From Candidatus Moraniibacteriota bacterium (GTDB lineage: Bacteria > Patescibacteriota > Minisyncoccia > Moranbacterales > UBA9337), in assembly GCA_023229615.1 (NCBI GenBank), contig JALNYX010000003.1:1-49758 (forward strand): DNA of 49,758 nt. Direction: 5' to 3'. Position numbers and translations under genes: made by a program. Positions 10,392 through 19,521 of the stretch are shown one piece after another (positions within the stretch are counted from its first letter, which is position 1; every line of letters starts with the position of its first letter). The notes beneath the pieces are model-generated. The model was not told the origin of the DNA. It saw only the letters and a program-made list of their open reading frames with translations, and made no database searches.

Positions 10392-11196
10392 ACAACAGAC
10401 ATTACACACTAATCAAGAAAACATCGCCGCGTTTAAGAAGGAAATAAAAAAAGCGTCCAATAGTAGCAATGAATCATTTTTGACCTGGTTTAATGATAAT
10501 GAAAATATTGATTCAATGATATCTTCTGGGTATAAAAATTTCTTTTGCTCCATATTAAATAAAAATATATATAACCTAACAAAAAATAATTCTTCGCAAT
10601 TAACTGCGGTTGAAATAGGTTGTGGAAGCGGAAGAGTACTCAATGCTGCTGCGAAATACTTTAAATATGTCATAGGATTAGATATACACGAAAATCTCAA
10701 CATGACGAAGGAATTTCTAATTCAATTAGGAAATAAAAATTTTGAATTGAAAAAGATCCAAGATAAAAAATTTCCGTTAGAAAATAATAGCATTGATTTT
10801 ATTTATTCCTTTATTGTTTTTCAGCATTTATTAAAATTAGAAACCTTTGAAGAATATTCCAGAGAAATATCAATAAAAATGAAAAAAAATGGATTAGCAA
10901 TGATTTATTTCGGAAGGCCACGTTTTTTTTCTAAAATAATTTTAAGGTACAAAACAGTGAATTATTTTTTAATGATTTTGGATAAAATATTATTTGAAAA
11001 TTTATACATCAATTTATTTAAAAATGGATATTTAGAATATCCGAATGCTGAAGCAAATGATATAAACCTCGTTGTTTCTTTAAAAAAAGCCCGGGAAATA
11101 TTTTTATCGAATAAATTAATCATCATAGACAAGGGAACATCACCAAGGGATAATTATTTCGGCACTCAATATTTCATGGCACTCAAAAAAAAATAA
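10369..11196 (+). CDS. SAM-dependent methyltransferase
   Basis: AVEIGCGSGRVLN, GLDIH, IYSFIVFQHL motifs. The start may be Met 10381. Confidence 0.75.
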   Translation: MKKYMKNKQQTLHTNQENIAAFKKEIKKASNSSNESFLTWFNDNENIDSMISSGYKNFFCSILNKNIYNLTKNNSSQLTAVEIGCGSGRVLNAAAKYFKYVIGLDIHENLNMTKEFLIQLGNKNFELKKIQDKKFPLENNSIDFIYSFIVFQHLLKLETFEEYSREISIKMKKNGLAMIYFGRPRFFSKIILRYKTVNYFLMILDKILFENLYINLFKNGYLEYPNAEANDINLVVSLKKAREIFLSNKLIIIDKGTSPRDNYFGTQYFMALKKK

Positions 11197-11203
11197 ATCG
11201 CAT

Positions 11204-12097
11204 ATGGATACATTGTTATCAAAAAAAATTGAATGGTTACATACCCTTAAAAAAAATATTCCATTTTTTTTAAAAAAAATCCAAAGCAAAAAATATGGTT
11301 TTTTTTCCTACTCCCTATCTGGAGATATTTATGATGAAAAAAATAAATGGGGACTTGGAAATACCGTTTTTGCAATCAAAATATATTATACTCTTGGATT
11401 ATTAGATAATCTACCTAAAAAAGAAAAACGCATTCTATCTGATTTCATTAAATCATTTCAAAACACGGATGGTTCTTTTCATGACCCTATAATAAAAAAT
11501 GGTTTATTCCTTGCAAACATAATATCATCATTTAAAGGCCTTGAATCATACAAAAATCAAATCATACGAGCTGAAACAAGGCAAAGTTTATCGGCATTAA
11601 AGCTACTCAACGAAAAACCTATTTTAGAGTATCAAAATTTTCCGCAAACAGAAAAAGATATCTTAAACTACATAGAGAAACTCGACTGGAAAAAACCATG
11701 GGGCGCAGGAAGTCACTTCAGTCACCTGCTTTTCTTTTTGCATAATAGTAATTTAAAAAACAAAAATAAATTGATTGATTTTTCAATAAACCAAATAAAC
11801 CGCATACAAAATTCCCGGGATGGATCATGGTACAAAGGAAAACCGAATCCGCAACAAAAAATAAATGGAGCGATGAAGATAATAACAGGACTTGTCGCTG
11901 CAGAAAAATACAGTTTCAACTATTCAAAAAAATTAATAGATCTATGCCTATCTGAAAAAAACAATCGACACGCCTGCGATAATTTCAATATCGTATATGT
12001 TCTTAAATATGCAAATGCAATAAACAAATCTAATTATAGATATGACGAAATAGTAGATTTTTGCTATAATAGACTAGAAACCTATCATAACTATTAG
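11204..12097 (+). CDS. Prenyltransferase/terpene-cyclase-like (alpha/alpha toroid) repeat protein, ended by an in-frame TAG; the same frame stays open to 12286
   Basis: Repeated DGSFHD / DGSWY / WG.G motifs. After TAG (12095-12097) come 62 more sense codons (HPKHGGFSFYKNK...HGTVMFLWGISII...) ending 5 nt before the next gene. Confidence 0.6.
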   Translation: MDTLLSKKIEWLHTLKKNIPFFLKKIQSKKYGFFSYSLSGDIYDEKNKWGLGNTVFAIKIYYTLGLLDNLPKKEKRILSDFIKSFQNTDGSFHDPIIKNGLFLANIISSFKGLESYKNQIIRAETRQSLSALKLLNEKPILEYQNFPQTEKDILNYIEKLDWKKPWGAGSHFSHLLFFLHNSNLKNKNKLIDFSINQINRIQNSRDGSWYKGKPNPQQKINGAMKIITGLVAAEKYSFNYSKKLIDLCLSEKNNRHACDNFNIVYVLKYANAINKSNYRYDEIVDFCYNRLETYHNY

Positions 12098-12291
12098 CAT
12101 CCTAAACATGGAGGATTTTCTTTTTATAAAAATAAAGCAAATGACATCTATTATGGCACAAAAATAACCAAAGGATTAAATGAGCCCGATATTCATGGCA
12201 CTGTAATGTTTTTATGGGGAATTTCGATAATAGCTCAAGTAACAGGAATGAATAAAGAATTGCAACTAAAAGAATTTATAACATAAACCCA

Positions 12292-13401
12292 ATGAAAGTT
12301 AGCTTAAATACAAGATTTATTGATGGACCAGCGGGTGGAGGAATGCAGTTCGCTAATTATCTCAAAACATATCTTAAAAAAAAGGATGTGCAGGTCATCA
12401 ATCACCTGAAAGACAAGGATATTGACATAATCTTGCACATTTCACCATTCCCCCACCTTATGTCAGTTGCCTCATACTCATATTTTGATGCGGCTATTTA
12501 CAAAATCAACCACCCTTCCACAATCATAGTTCAACGCATAAATGAATGCGATGAAAGAAAGGGGACGAATTACATAAATACCTTACTGGTTGATGTCAGT
12601 AGATATTCCGATTTTGTTGTGTATATAGCCAGTTGGCTCAAGCCCTTAATGGAAAAAAATGGGCTTAGCAAAGAAATTCCATCAAGAATAATATTAAACG
12701 GTGCGGACTCCAACATCTTTAATCAAAACAACAAACTAATTTGGAACAACAAGGGTAAGCTTAGAATAGTTACCCATCACTGGGGTGGTAATTATTTCAA
12801 AGGACATGACATTTATAAAAGACTAGATGAGCTCCTTGAAAATCCAAACTATAAAAATATTTTTGAATTCACTTTCATAGGTAATTACCCAAAAGATATT
12901 TCATACAAAAACACGAATATCATTCCGCCTTTATCTGGCGCAATACTGGCTGACGAATTGAAGAAACACCACATCTATTTAACCGCTTCAAGAAACGAGC
13001 CGGCTGGCATGCATCATATCGAAGGCACTCTCTGTGGGCTTCCACTGCTTTATGTAAATTCCGGCGCGCTTCCGGAATATTGTTCGGGATTTGGAATTGA
13101 ATTTAACGAGAAAAATTTTGAAGAAAAGTTATTGCAAATACATAAAGAATATGATATCTGGGAAGAAAAAATAAAAGCCTACAAAAATACTTCTGATAAA
13201 ATGTGCGAGGAATTCCATGAGCTATTCATTAAATTACATGCTAAAAAAAATACATCCGCTAAAATAAATAGCATAACAAAATTGGCAAAAATATTCTCTA
13301 TACAATTAAATCGCCTTATTTACCTGTTAAAAATAATTTATATAAAATTTAACTTATTCATAAAAAATGAACGAACAAAAATATCTAATTCAACAAAATA
13401 G
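12292..13401 (+). CDS. GT4-like (GT-B) glycosyltransferase
   Basis: ASRNEPAGMHHIEGTLCGLPLLYVNSGALPEY motif. Confidence 0.75.
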   Translation: MKVSLNTRFIDGPAGGGMQFANYLKTYLKKKDVQVINHLKDKDIDIILHISPFPHLMSVASYSYFDAAIYKINHPSTIIVQRINECDERKGTNYINTLLVDVSRYSDFVVYIASWLKPLMEKNGLSKEIPSRIILNGADSNIFNQNNKLIWNNKGKLRIVTHHWGGNYFKGHDIYKRLDELLENPNYKNIFEFTFIGNYPKDISYKNTNIIPPLSGAILADELKKHHIYLTASRNEPAGMHHIEGTLCGLPLLYVNSGALPEYCSGFGIEFNEKNFEEKLLQIHKEYDIWEEKIKAYKNTSDKMCEEFHELFIKLHAKKNTSAKINSITKLAKIFSIQLNRLIYLLKIIYIKFNLFIKNERTKISNSTK

Positions 13402-13475
13402 CACTATCTATGAGCAAGAAGCATACATGACCGTCCCGCGCTGGTCAACTTATAGTATGGTCATAAAAAGAGGTT

Positions 13476-14018
13476 ATGCGCTTGAAGCCGAAAACCATAC
13501 TCGAACTAGGTCCAGGAAATAACATCGTAACAAACATTCTCAAAACAATGAATTATGATGTTAAAACTCTTGATTTTGACAATTCCACTAAGCCAGATTA
13601 CAATTTGAGCATAACTGACGAAAAAATAGATAGCATAGGAACATTTGATTTAATTATAGCCTCGCAAGTCTTAGAACACATACAATACAAAGATTTCACT
13701 AAGGCGCTGAAAAATTTAAGTAAAATTTCAACGAATTTAATTTTAACTCTGCCCCACACAACAATAAATTCATTTACCATTTCCCTATCCCTTAAAATAC
13801 CTACGCTTAAAAAAATTACATTTTCAAAGAAATTTTTCTATAAAAAAGTTAACCACAAATTCAATGGTCTGCATTACTGGGAAATTGGAAAGAAGGATTT
13901 TCCAGTAAAAAAAATATCTAGCGACATCCAAAAATCAGGATGGATTATTCAGGCAGAATTTTTGAATGACGAAAATCCATTCCATTATTTTTTCATATTA
14001 AAAAAAACCTATGTTTAG
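13476..14018 (+). CDS. SAM-dependent methyltransferase, possibly frameshifted at its 5' end
   Basis: Motif I ILELGPGNN lies only about 8 aa from the Met. IASQVLEHI is present. A 51-codon ORF (13367-13522) in another frame looks like the missing N-terminus. Confidence 0.65.
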   Translation: MRLKPKTILELGPGNNIVTNILKTMNYDVKTLDFDNSTKPDYNLSITDEKIDSIGTFDLIIASQVLEHIQYKDFTKALKNLSKISTNLILTLPHTTINSFTISLSLKIPTLKKITFSKKFFYKKVNHKFNGLHYWEIGKKDFPVKKISSDIQKSGWIIQAEFLNDENPFHYFFILKKTYV

Positions 14019-14667
14019 TAATATACAATATTATTTTTGGGCTAGCTATAGACGAAAAATAATTGATAAACTCTCGGAAAAAAATAAATCTTTGTATACG
14101 GGAGTAGTTTTAGATATCGGAGGAAGAGACCGCGGTAAATTCAAAAAACCCAAAAAAAAAGTCGAAAACTGGATATTTGCCGATATTGAAGAAAAACATA
14201 ATCCAGACATGGTTTTGGATGTCATGGATATGCATGCTATTGCTAATAACAGCATTGATATAATCAGCGCCCTGGAACTCTTTGAGCACGTTAGCGTTCC
14301 CGAAAAAGGTATCGCTGAATGTTCTCGGGTGTTAAAAAATGGAGGTCTGCTTATTATTTCCATGCCATTTATGTATGGAACACATGCTGATCCATATGAT
14401 TTTCAGAGATGGACGAAAGCTAAGTGGGAATTAGTTCTTAATGAAAATAATTTAAATGTATTGAAAATTGAAGAAATGGGTTTTTTCTTTACCGTACTGA
14501 TGGATGCAATAAAAAATTTTTTAAAAAAATCCCATCGTATTTTTCGATACATTTCATATTGCTTTTACCCGATTTTCGATATAATCGCATCGCTTGATAA
14601 CATCAACAGCAAAAACCCCATCCTCAAATCATATGTAGGTGGTTATTTTATTATTGCAAAAAAATAA
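14011..14667 (+). CDS. SAM-dependent methyltransferase (Methyltransf_11-like)
   Basis: VLDIGGRDRG, ISALELFEHV, LKNGGLLIISMPF motifs. Confidence 0.8.
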   Translation: MFSNIQYYFWASYRRKIIDKLSEKNKSLYTGVVLDIGGRDRGKFKKPKKKVENWIFADIEEKHNPDMVLDVMDMHAIANNSIDIISALELFEHVSVPEKGIAECSRVLKNGGLLIISMPFMYGTHADPYDFQRWTKAKWELVLNENNLNVLKIEEMGFFFTVLMDAIKNFLKKSHRIFRYISYCFYPIFDIIASLDNINSKNPILKSYVGGYFIIAKK

Positions 14668-14678
14668 AATCACAATTT

Positions 14679-15995
14679 TCAGCCATCTTCCGTAGATTCT
14701 TCATACAAAATAGTTGCGAAGTTCAAAAAAAATAATACCAAAATCAATAAATTATACGAAATCACCGCACCAATTAACTTGAATTTATAAATTAGAAACA
14801 AACTCATTCCCAATCTAATTACCTGGAAAATCGGCCCCGAAACAAGTATTGTTAATCTTTTTTTACTTGCTTGCGCATAATAGCCAAAAAAAATTGTTGG
14901 GATGATAAACAAAATCGCCAAGGCATAATATCTAGAAATATCGTAATATTCAACATATACATCTCCAAATAAGAATTTATTCACAATTGGCACCAAAACA
15001 AAATAAACCGAAGCCATTAGTGCTGAAATAAGCATCATCACAATAAACAGTTTTTTATATATAAAAACAATGCTTTTTATTCCATAATTCATTACAGACA
15101 TTTTAGGAATTGCAACTGAAACAAAGACTTTCGCTATATCTTTATATTTATTTGCCAATAAAGAAATTATGACATATGCCGCCAATGTACTTGGACCCAA
15201 TAATATTCCAACCAACACATTGTCAATATTGTTAGCAATAATTCCCAAAAAATTTATTTTTGTCAAAAACCATCCATATTTAATAGTGCCAGAGTCTGTT
15301 TTCTCGTTTTCAATATATTTCAAACTCTTGAAATAATAATAACCATTGAAAAAAGTATAGGAAGCCAAATACATTACTACAATCGGAATCAACTTATCTC
15401 TATTTAAAAAAACAACCACTATAGTCGTGACGGCATTCAGTGTCATTTGCACTGAAGAATATTTCGTCGAAATATCAAACCTACTTTTGCCTTGTAAAAA
15501 AGCATCCCAAGTATTGGGAGCATAAAAAAATGGAAAGAATACCGATGCAATCATAAAAGCAACTCCCAATGAATGGCTTTGATAAATATAGTAATAACCC
15601 CCAATAAACAATAAAATAGGAGTCCCAAGCAAGCTCCAAAAAAAACTCATCCGAACAACCTTTTTATAATCTCCGTCATATCCCCTCGCAACAGATTGAG
15701 TAATTGCAGTATTTAAACCAGGAATTGATAAGATAGAAACAATTGACAGAACAGACAAAACAAATTGGTATTGACCGAAAATTTCCTGTGAAGCGAGGCG
15801 AGCGAAAGATATAGAAATAGACAATCCTGCAATCATACCTATTATCTGTCTAACGGCCACCCAGAATCCATTCTTAACAAAATAGGTCAAATCCAAACCA
15901 ATTATTTTTCCCCATTTTTTAGTCAATTTGAATATTTTATCTTGCAAATTCTTAATCATAGTATTTTTCCAATTTGTTTGAATGCCTGCTTTCAC
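14679..15995 (-). CDS. Polysaccharide flippase (MOP/Wzx-like)
   Basis: 438 aa with about 12-14 TM helices. Convergent with the GT operon. Met at 15959 is an alternative start. Confidence 0.75.
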   Translation of the reverse strand: MKAGIQTNWKNTMIKNLQDKIFKLTKKWGKIIGLDLTYFVKNGFWVAVRQIIGMIAGLSISISFARLASQEIFGQYQFVLSVLSIVSILSIPGLNTAITQSVARGYDGDYKKVVRMSFFWSLLGTPILLFIGGYYYIYQSHSLGVAFMIASVFFPFFYAPNTWDAFLQGKSRFDISTKYSSVQMTLNAVTTIVVVFLNRDKLIPIVVMYLASYTFFNGYYYFKSLKYIENEKTDSGTIKYGWFLTKINFLGIIANNIDNVLVGILLGPSTLAAYVIISLLANKYKDIAKVFVSVAIPKMSVMNYGIKSIVFIYKKLFIVMMLISALMASVYFVLVPIVNKFLFGDVYVEYYDISRYYALAILFIIPTIFFGYYAQASKKRLTILVSGPIFQVIRLGMSLFLIYKFKLIGAVISYNLLILVLFFLNFATILYEESTEDG

Positions 15996-16148
15996 TTATT
16001 AGTTATCATTTTTGATTACCTTTTAATGATATTTTTAAACAAAAAAAGTATTCCGCTTTCATCTTTCAAACCCTTTCAGATATTCCGGTAGTTTCAAAAT
16101 CCATTGGGCTTGCTGGGGGTAAAAAAGAAATCTTTCCACATCTTTCAT

Positions 16149-17117
16149 CTACACCTCGCTAATTATATCAAAACCCTTGAAACTTCCCGTAATTGAAAGT
16201 CCGATAACTTTCTTTGCCGTTCCTCTTTCTTTTATTTTTCCGGCAGTTTCATTCAGCGTCGCCCCCGAACCAACAGCATCATCAATAAGTAAGATATTTT
16301 TATACTTGCCGAATTCATTGATTACGATAGTTTTTTGAGCGTTTTCAATTCTATCTTTTAATTTATTCAAAGTCTTTTGTGGTACAGCAATATCAGTTTT
16401 CACCTTTACAATTGAGATTTTTCTAATATCCAAATGAAGATTTTTTTCCAGCTCCTTCATAAATTGCACTTCGCGCTTCACCGTGGGAGGAATAAATCCT
16501 ACGGCATCAATTTTATATCGCTTGATTAGCTTATTAACCGAATCACGAATATCTTCCGCCAATTCTTTCATAAGTTTTTTGTTTTGACTTTGTTTTGCAT
16601 ATAAAAGCAACTGACCGAGTTTTGTTTTTCCAAACCTTTCAATACTGTAAAATTCAAGATAAAAAACTTCATCTAAATTTACTTCATCGAAAGTAGATTT
16701 GAATTTTAACATTCCATTAAAAAAGCCGTTCTTCCTGAAAGATTGATATTTTTCCAACGTTTTTACATACTCATTTGCAGTTTTCTCAATGGAAAGATTA
16801 TTATTCTTACACCAATAAATAAAACCTTCCACTCCCTGTTTTCGCTCCCCGAAAGGAGTAATAATTAAATACTTTTTTTCAATAACCGATCTTGCGCTTC
16901 CAATTATTCCATCCGCCTGAATTTCTTCCTTTTCTCCTTTGGGCAAATAAAATACTTTCGGGGGTTTTCCAATTTTATAGACTTTATCTTCCGCCAGAAG
17001 ATTGCTGAGCTGTTTTGAAACCGCCATCCTGCTTATATTCAAATAATCCACCAACTCATTTACAGTTGCCTGCTTATTCATTCCGAGATATTCCAATATT
17101 TTTTCAGAGGTTTTCAT
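16149..17117 (-). CDS. Winged-helix DNA-binding domain fused to a ComF-like phosphoribosyltransferase domain
   Basis: N-terminal NELVDYLNISRMAVSKQLSNL (HTH). C-terminal PRPP loop ILLIDDAVGSGATLNE. Confidence 0.7.
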   Translation of the reverse strand: MKTSEKILEYLGMNKQATVNELVDYLNISRMAVSKQLSNLLAEDKVYKIGKPPKVFYLPKGEKEEIQADGIIGSARSVIEKKYLIITPFGERKQGVEGFIYWCKNNNLSIEKTANEYVKTLEKYQSFRKNGFFNGMLKFKSTFDEVNLDEVFYLEFYSIERFGKTKLGQLLLYAKQSQNKKLMKELAEDIRDSVNKLIKRYKIDAVGFIPPTVKREVQFMKELEKNLHLDIRKISIVKVKTDIAVPQKTLNKLKDRIENAQKTIVINEFGKYKNILLIDDAVGSGATLNETAGKIKERGTAKKVIGLSITGSFKGFDIISEV

Positions 17118-17120
17118 AAA

Positions 17121-17147
17121 GTTTACAGTTTACAGTATATTGTAAAC
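17121..17147. promoter_or_regulatory. Candidate operator: GTTTACA direct half-site plus the perfect palindrome GTTTACA-N6-TGTAAAC
   Basis: gtttacaGTTTACAgtatatTGTAAAC starts 4 nt upstream of the HTH-PRTase start codon. Confidence 0.4.
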
Positions 17148-17208
17148 TATTACATAATAATATTATATTTTGTCAAATTTATTTCAAAAGATTTTTTTTT
17201 TACATTTT

Positions 17209-17250
17209 ACGTTTCCGTAAAACATAAAATATTATGAATTGCGGAAACGT
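17209..17250. promoter_or_regulatory. 9-bp inverted repeat ACGTTTCCG-N24-CGGAAACGT in the divergent intergenic region
   Basis: Perfect 9-bp arms at 17209-17217 and 17242-17250. Confidence 0.35.
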
Positions 17251-17281
17251 GTTTAATGTGTCACATTTGCATTGAGTCGCC

Positions 17282-17301
17282 TGACAATTGTCATTATACC
17301 A
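17282..17301 (-). promoter_or_regulatory. Extended -10 promoter (TGGTATAAT, minus strand) overlapping the perfect 12-bp palindrome TGACAATTGTCA
   Basis: The reverse complement of 17293-17301 is TGGTATAAT. The palindrome lies at 17282-17293. The same TGGTATAAT occurs at three other minus-strand promoters in this window. Confidence 0.4.
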
Positions 17302-17338
17302 CTTTTACTAAATCGGAAAAAGCGGTATACTGAATAAT

Positions 17339-18796
17339 ATGAAATTCACTCAATTCAACAAAGATTTTTGGAAAAAACCGGGATTTGTCCTGTTTTTGAT
17401 TTTATTTTCTTTCTTTCTCAGGGAGGTTTTTTTGGCTTCGGTTTTCCCTATTTTCTCTGGTCAAGATGAAGCTCGGCATTACAACTCCATTCAATATCTC
17501 GCCGAACCAAAAGAAAAAACCTGGGAAATCACCAAAAACAAAGACTCCAGGAGCAAAAAAGATTTTTCAACATATAATTTCTCTGAAGAAATCCAAAACA
17601 CCGGAAACACCTCCGGCATCAGCAATACTCGCCGAACATTCGACCGAATGAATTTTCCCGCCGGAAGCGTTGGGGAGAATGAAAATCAAATAACCTCAAA
17701 AATATGGAGTCAAAACAATCTGAATTCCCCTCCTGACATCGTAAAAGGATCTTTCTATCACGCATTAAACACTCCTATTGAAAAATTATTCGGGAATAAA
17801 AGCATCTTAGTCAGATTTTACTTAATCCGCATTTTTTCAGCATTGCTTGGCACACTTTTCATCCTCATTTCCTATTTTATTTTCAAAAATAGCGGATTTT
17901 CCACGAAACACTCCTTAATTATATCTACTGTTATCTCTTTTCAACCAAAATTATCCGCCTATTTTACCAACATAAACTACGATACTCTGCAGATACTTAT
18001 GTTTGCTCTTTTCACTCTCGGTGGCGTACTTTTTCTGAAAAAAGGACTCGGCTGGAAAAATTCAATATTATTAGTTGCATCACTCGCCATCGGAGTTATG
18101 AATAAAGGAACCGCGCTGATGATGTTTCCTGTCCTAGTTGGACTTACCATTTTCTGGTTTGTTCAGAAATACCAATCAGGAGAAATAAAGAAAAAATATA
18201 TCATTCCCGTTGTTCTTCTTTTTCTCGTGGCGATTTCCGCACTCAATTGGAAATTTGAATTGCGCGGATTTGCCCCCAAAACCGAACATGGGACAATTTC
18301 GGAAATTACCGCCTCTCTTTCTGAATATCTTTCCAAAAGCCTGCCGAAAATTGACTCTTCTGCTAAAAATTATTGGGGGAATTTGGATTGGAACCGCAAT
18401 GATTATTCAGAAGTTTTCATTCGCGTCATTTGGCTTGTGGAATTATTTTCTGCTATTGGGGTCATTTGGCTTTTGTTTTCCAAAAAACCTCTGCCATTTC
18501 TGCCAGAAAAAAAGTACGTTTGGTTTTTTCTGGGAATGATTGCCGCTTTGCAATTCGGAATCCGATTTTATGACTGGAAAATTTTCTCAATATTGGGAAC
18601 GCTGGATTTGGGAACTCCGGGAAGATATTTCCTTCCGACAATCACCTCGCATATGGCGCTGGTTTTTGCGGGATTGGGAATGATTTTGCGCAAAGAAAAA
18701 TATTTGAATTTTGCTTTGCTTTTCTGGCTTCTTCTGATGTTTGCTTTTTCAATGTATCTGACATTTGATGTTATCGTTCCGAGATTCTACTTATAA
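17339..18796 (+). CDS. Polytopic membrane protein, DUF2142/ArnT-like (GT-C-type glycosyltransferase candidate)
   Basis: N-terminal TM followed by GQDEARHY. About 11 hydrophobic segments. Confidence 0.65.
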   Translation: MKFTQFNKDFWKKPGFVLFLILFSFFLREVFLASVFPIFSGQDEARHYNSIQYLAEPKEKTWEITKNKDSRSKKDFSTYNFSEEIQNTGNTSGISNTRRTFDRMNFPAGSVGENENQITSKIWSQNNLNSPPDIVKGSFYHALNTPIEKLFGNKSILVRFYLIRIFSALLGTLFILISYFIFKNSGFSTKHSLIISTVISFQPKLSAYFTNINYDTLQILMFALFTLGGVLFLKKGLGWKNSILLVASLAIGVMNKGTALMMFPVLVGLTIFWFVQKYQSGEIKKKYIIPVVLLFLVAISALNWKFELRGFAPKTEHGTISEITASLSEYLSKSLPKIDSSAKNYWGNLDWNRNDYSEVFIRVIWLVELFSAIGVIWLLFSKKPLPFLPEKKYVWFFLGMIAALQFGIRFYDWKIFSILGTLDLGTPGRYFLPTITSHMALVFAGLGMILRKEKYLNFALLFWLLLMFAFSMYLTFDVIVPRFYL

Positions 18797-18807
18797 AAAA
18801 ATATTTT

Positions 18808-19512
18808 ATGAAAAATTTTGATTTTGAAAAATTACTTGTCCCAAAAAATGCGTTCCTTTTGGCAACTATTGTCATCTTACTTTTGGTTTTTGGTCGAATG
18901 ACCAACGAATGGGCATTTCCGGACACCGATTGGACATTGGAAAAAGGAGACAAAATCGGAGTTGATAGCAAAAAATCCGCCGAACAAAAATTTATTGCCA
19001 CCGAGAGTAATCTGACGCGCATTGATATGCTTCTGGGAAATTCCGACATTGGCGACGGAGGCACACTAAATTTGCAAATTATGGACGAATCCTGTCAAAA
19101 AGAAATCCGCCAAATCCAAGTCAAAACATCAAAAATCGACTCGGACAAGGAATTCAAATTCACTTTTTCAAAAATCAAAGACTCGAAAGGAAAAACCCTC
19201 TGCCTGAAACTTTCCTTTCTTTCAATCAAAGAAAAAGACGCGCAACTGTTTGCCGTCAACAATATTCTTCCAGAAAACATTTCTCTTATTGCAGATCAAA
19301 AAGAATATCCCGGAAAATCCCTTTCAATGCGCCCAGCCTATCAAAAAGACAACTGGGGACAAAACATCTGGCGCCTCACAGAAGAAATATCGCAATACAA
19401 ACCTTGGTTTTTGAAAGACATTTTCCTGCTTTTAATTGCGCTATTTTCAATAATCTTTTCGATCGGAACAGTCATTCTTCTGATTTCATTTCCTACTGAA
19501 GAAAAAAAATAA
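18808..19512 (+). CDS. Membrane-anchored protein of unknown function (N- and C-terminal TM helices)
   Basis: 234 aa, 12 nt downstream of the previous gene. Hydrophobic segments at both ends. Confidence 0.55.
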   Translation: MKNFDFEKLLVPKNAFLLATIVILLLVFGRMTNEWAFPDTDWTLEKGDKIGVDSKKSAEQKFIATESNLTRIDMLLGNSDIGDGGTLNLQIMDESCQKEIRQIQVKTSKIDSDKEFKFTFSKIKDSKGKTLCLKLSFLSIKEKDAQLFAVNNILPENISLIADQKEYPGKSLSMRPAYQKDNWGQNIWRLTEEISQYKPWFLKDIFLLLIALFSIIFSIGTVILLISFPTEEKK

Positions 19513-19521
19513 CCGCATATG

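Noticed and set aside
15996-16148. Intergenic regions scanned by eye for tRNA, rRNA or riboswitch-like sequences (15996-16148, 21999-22097, 25152-25391, 30047-30200).
   Set aside because: No acceptor or T-arm pattern (GGTTCGAAT-like), rRNA-like conservation or obvious multi-stem structure was seen. Without covariance-model tools, absence cannot be proven.
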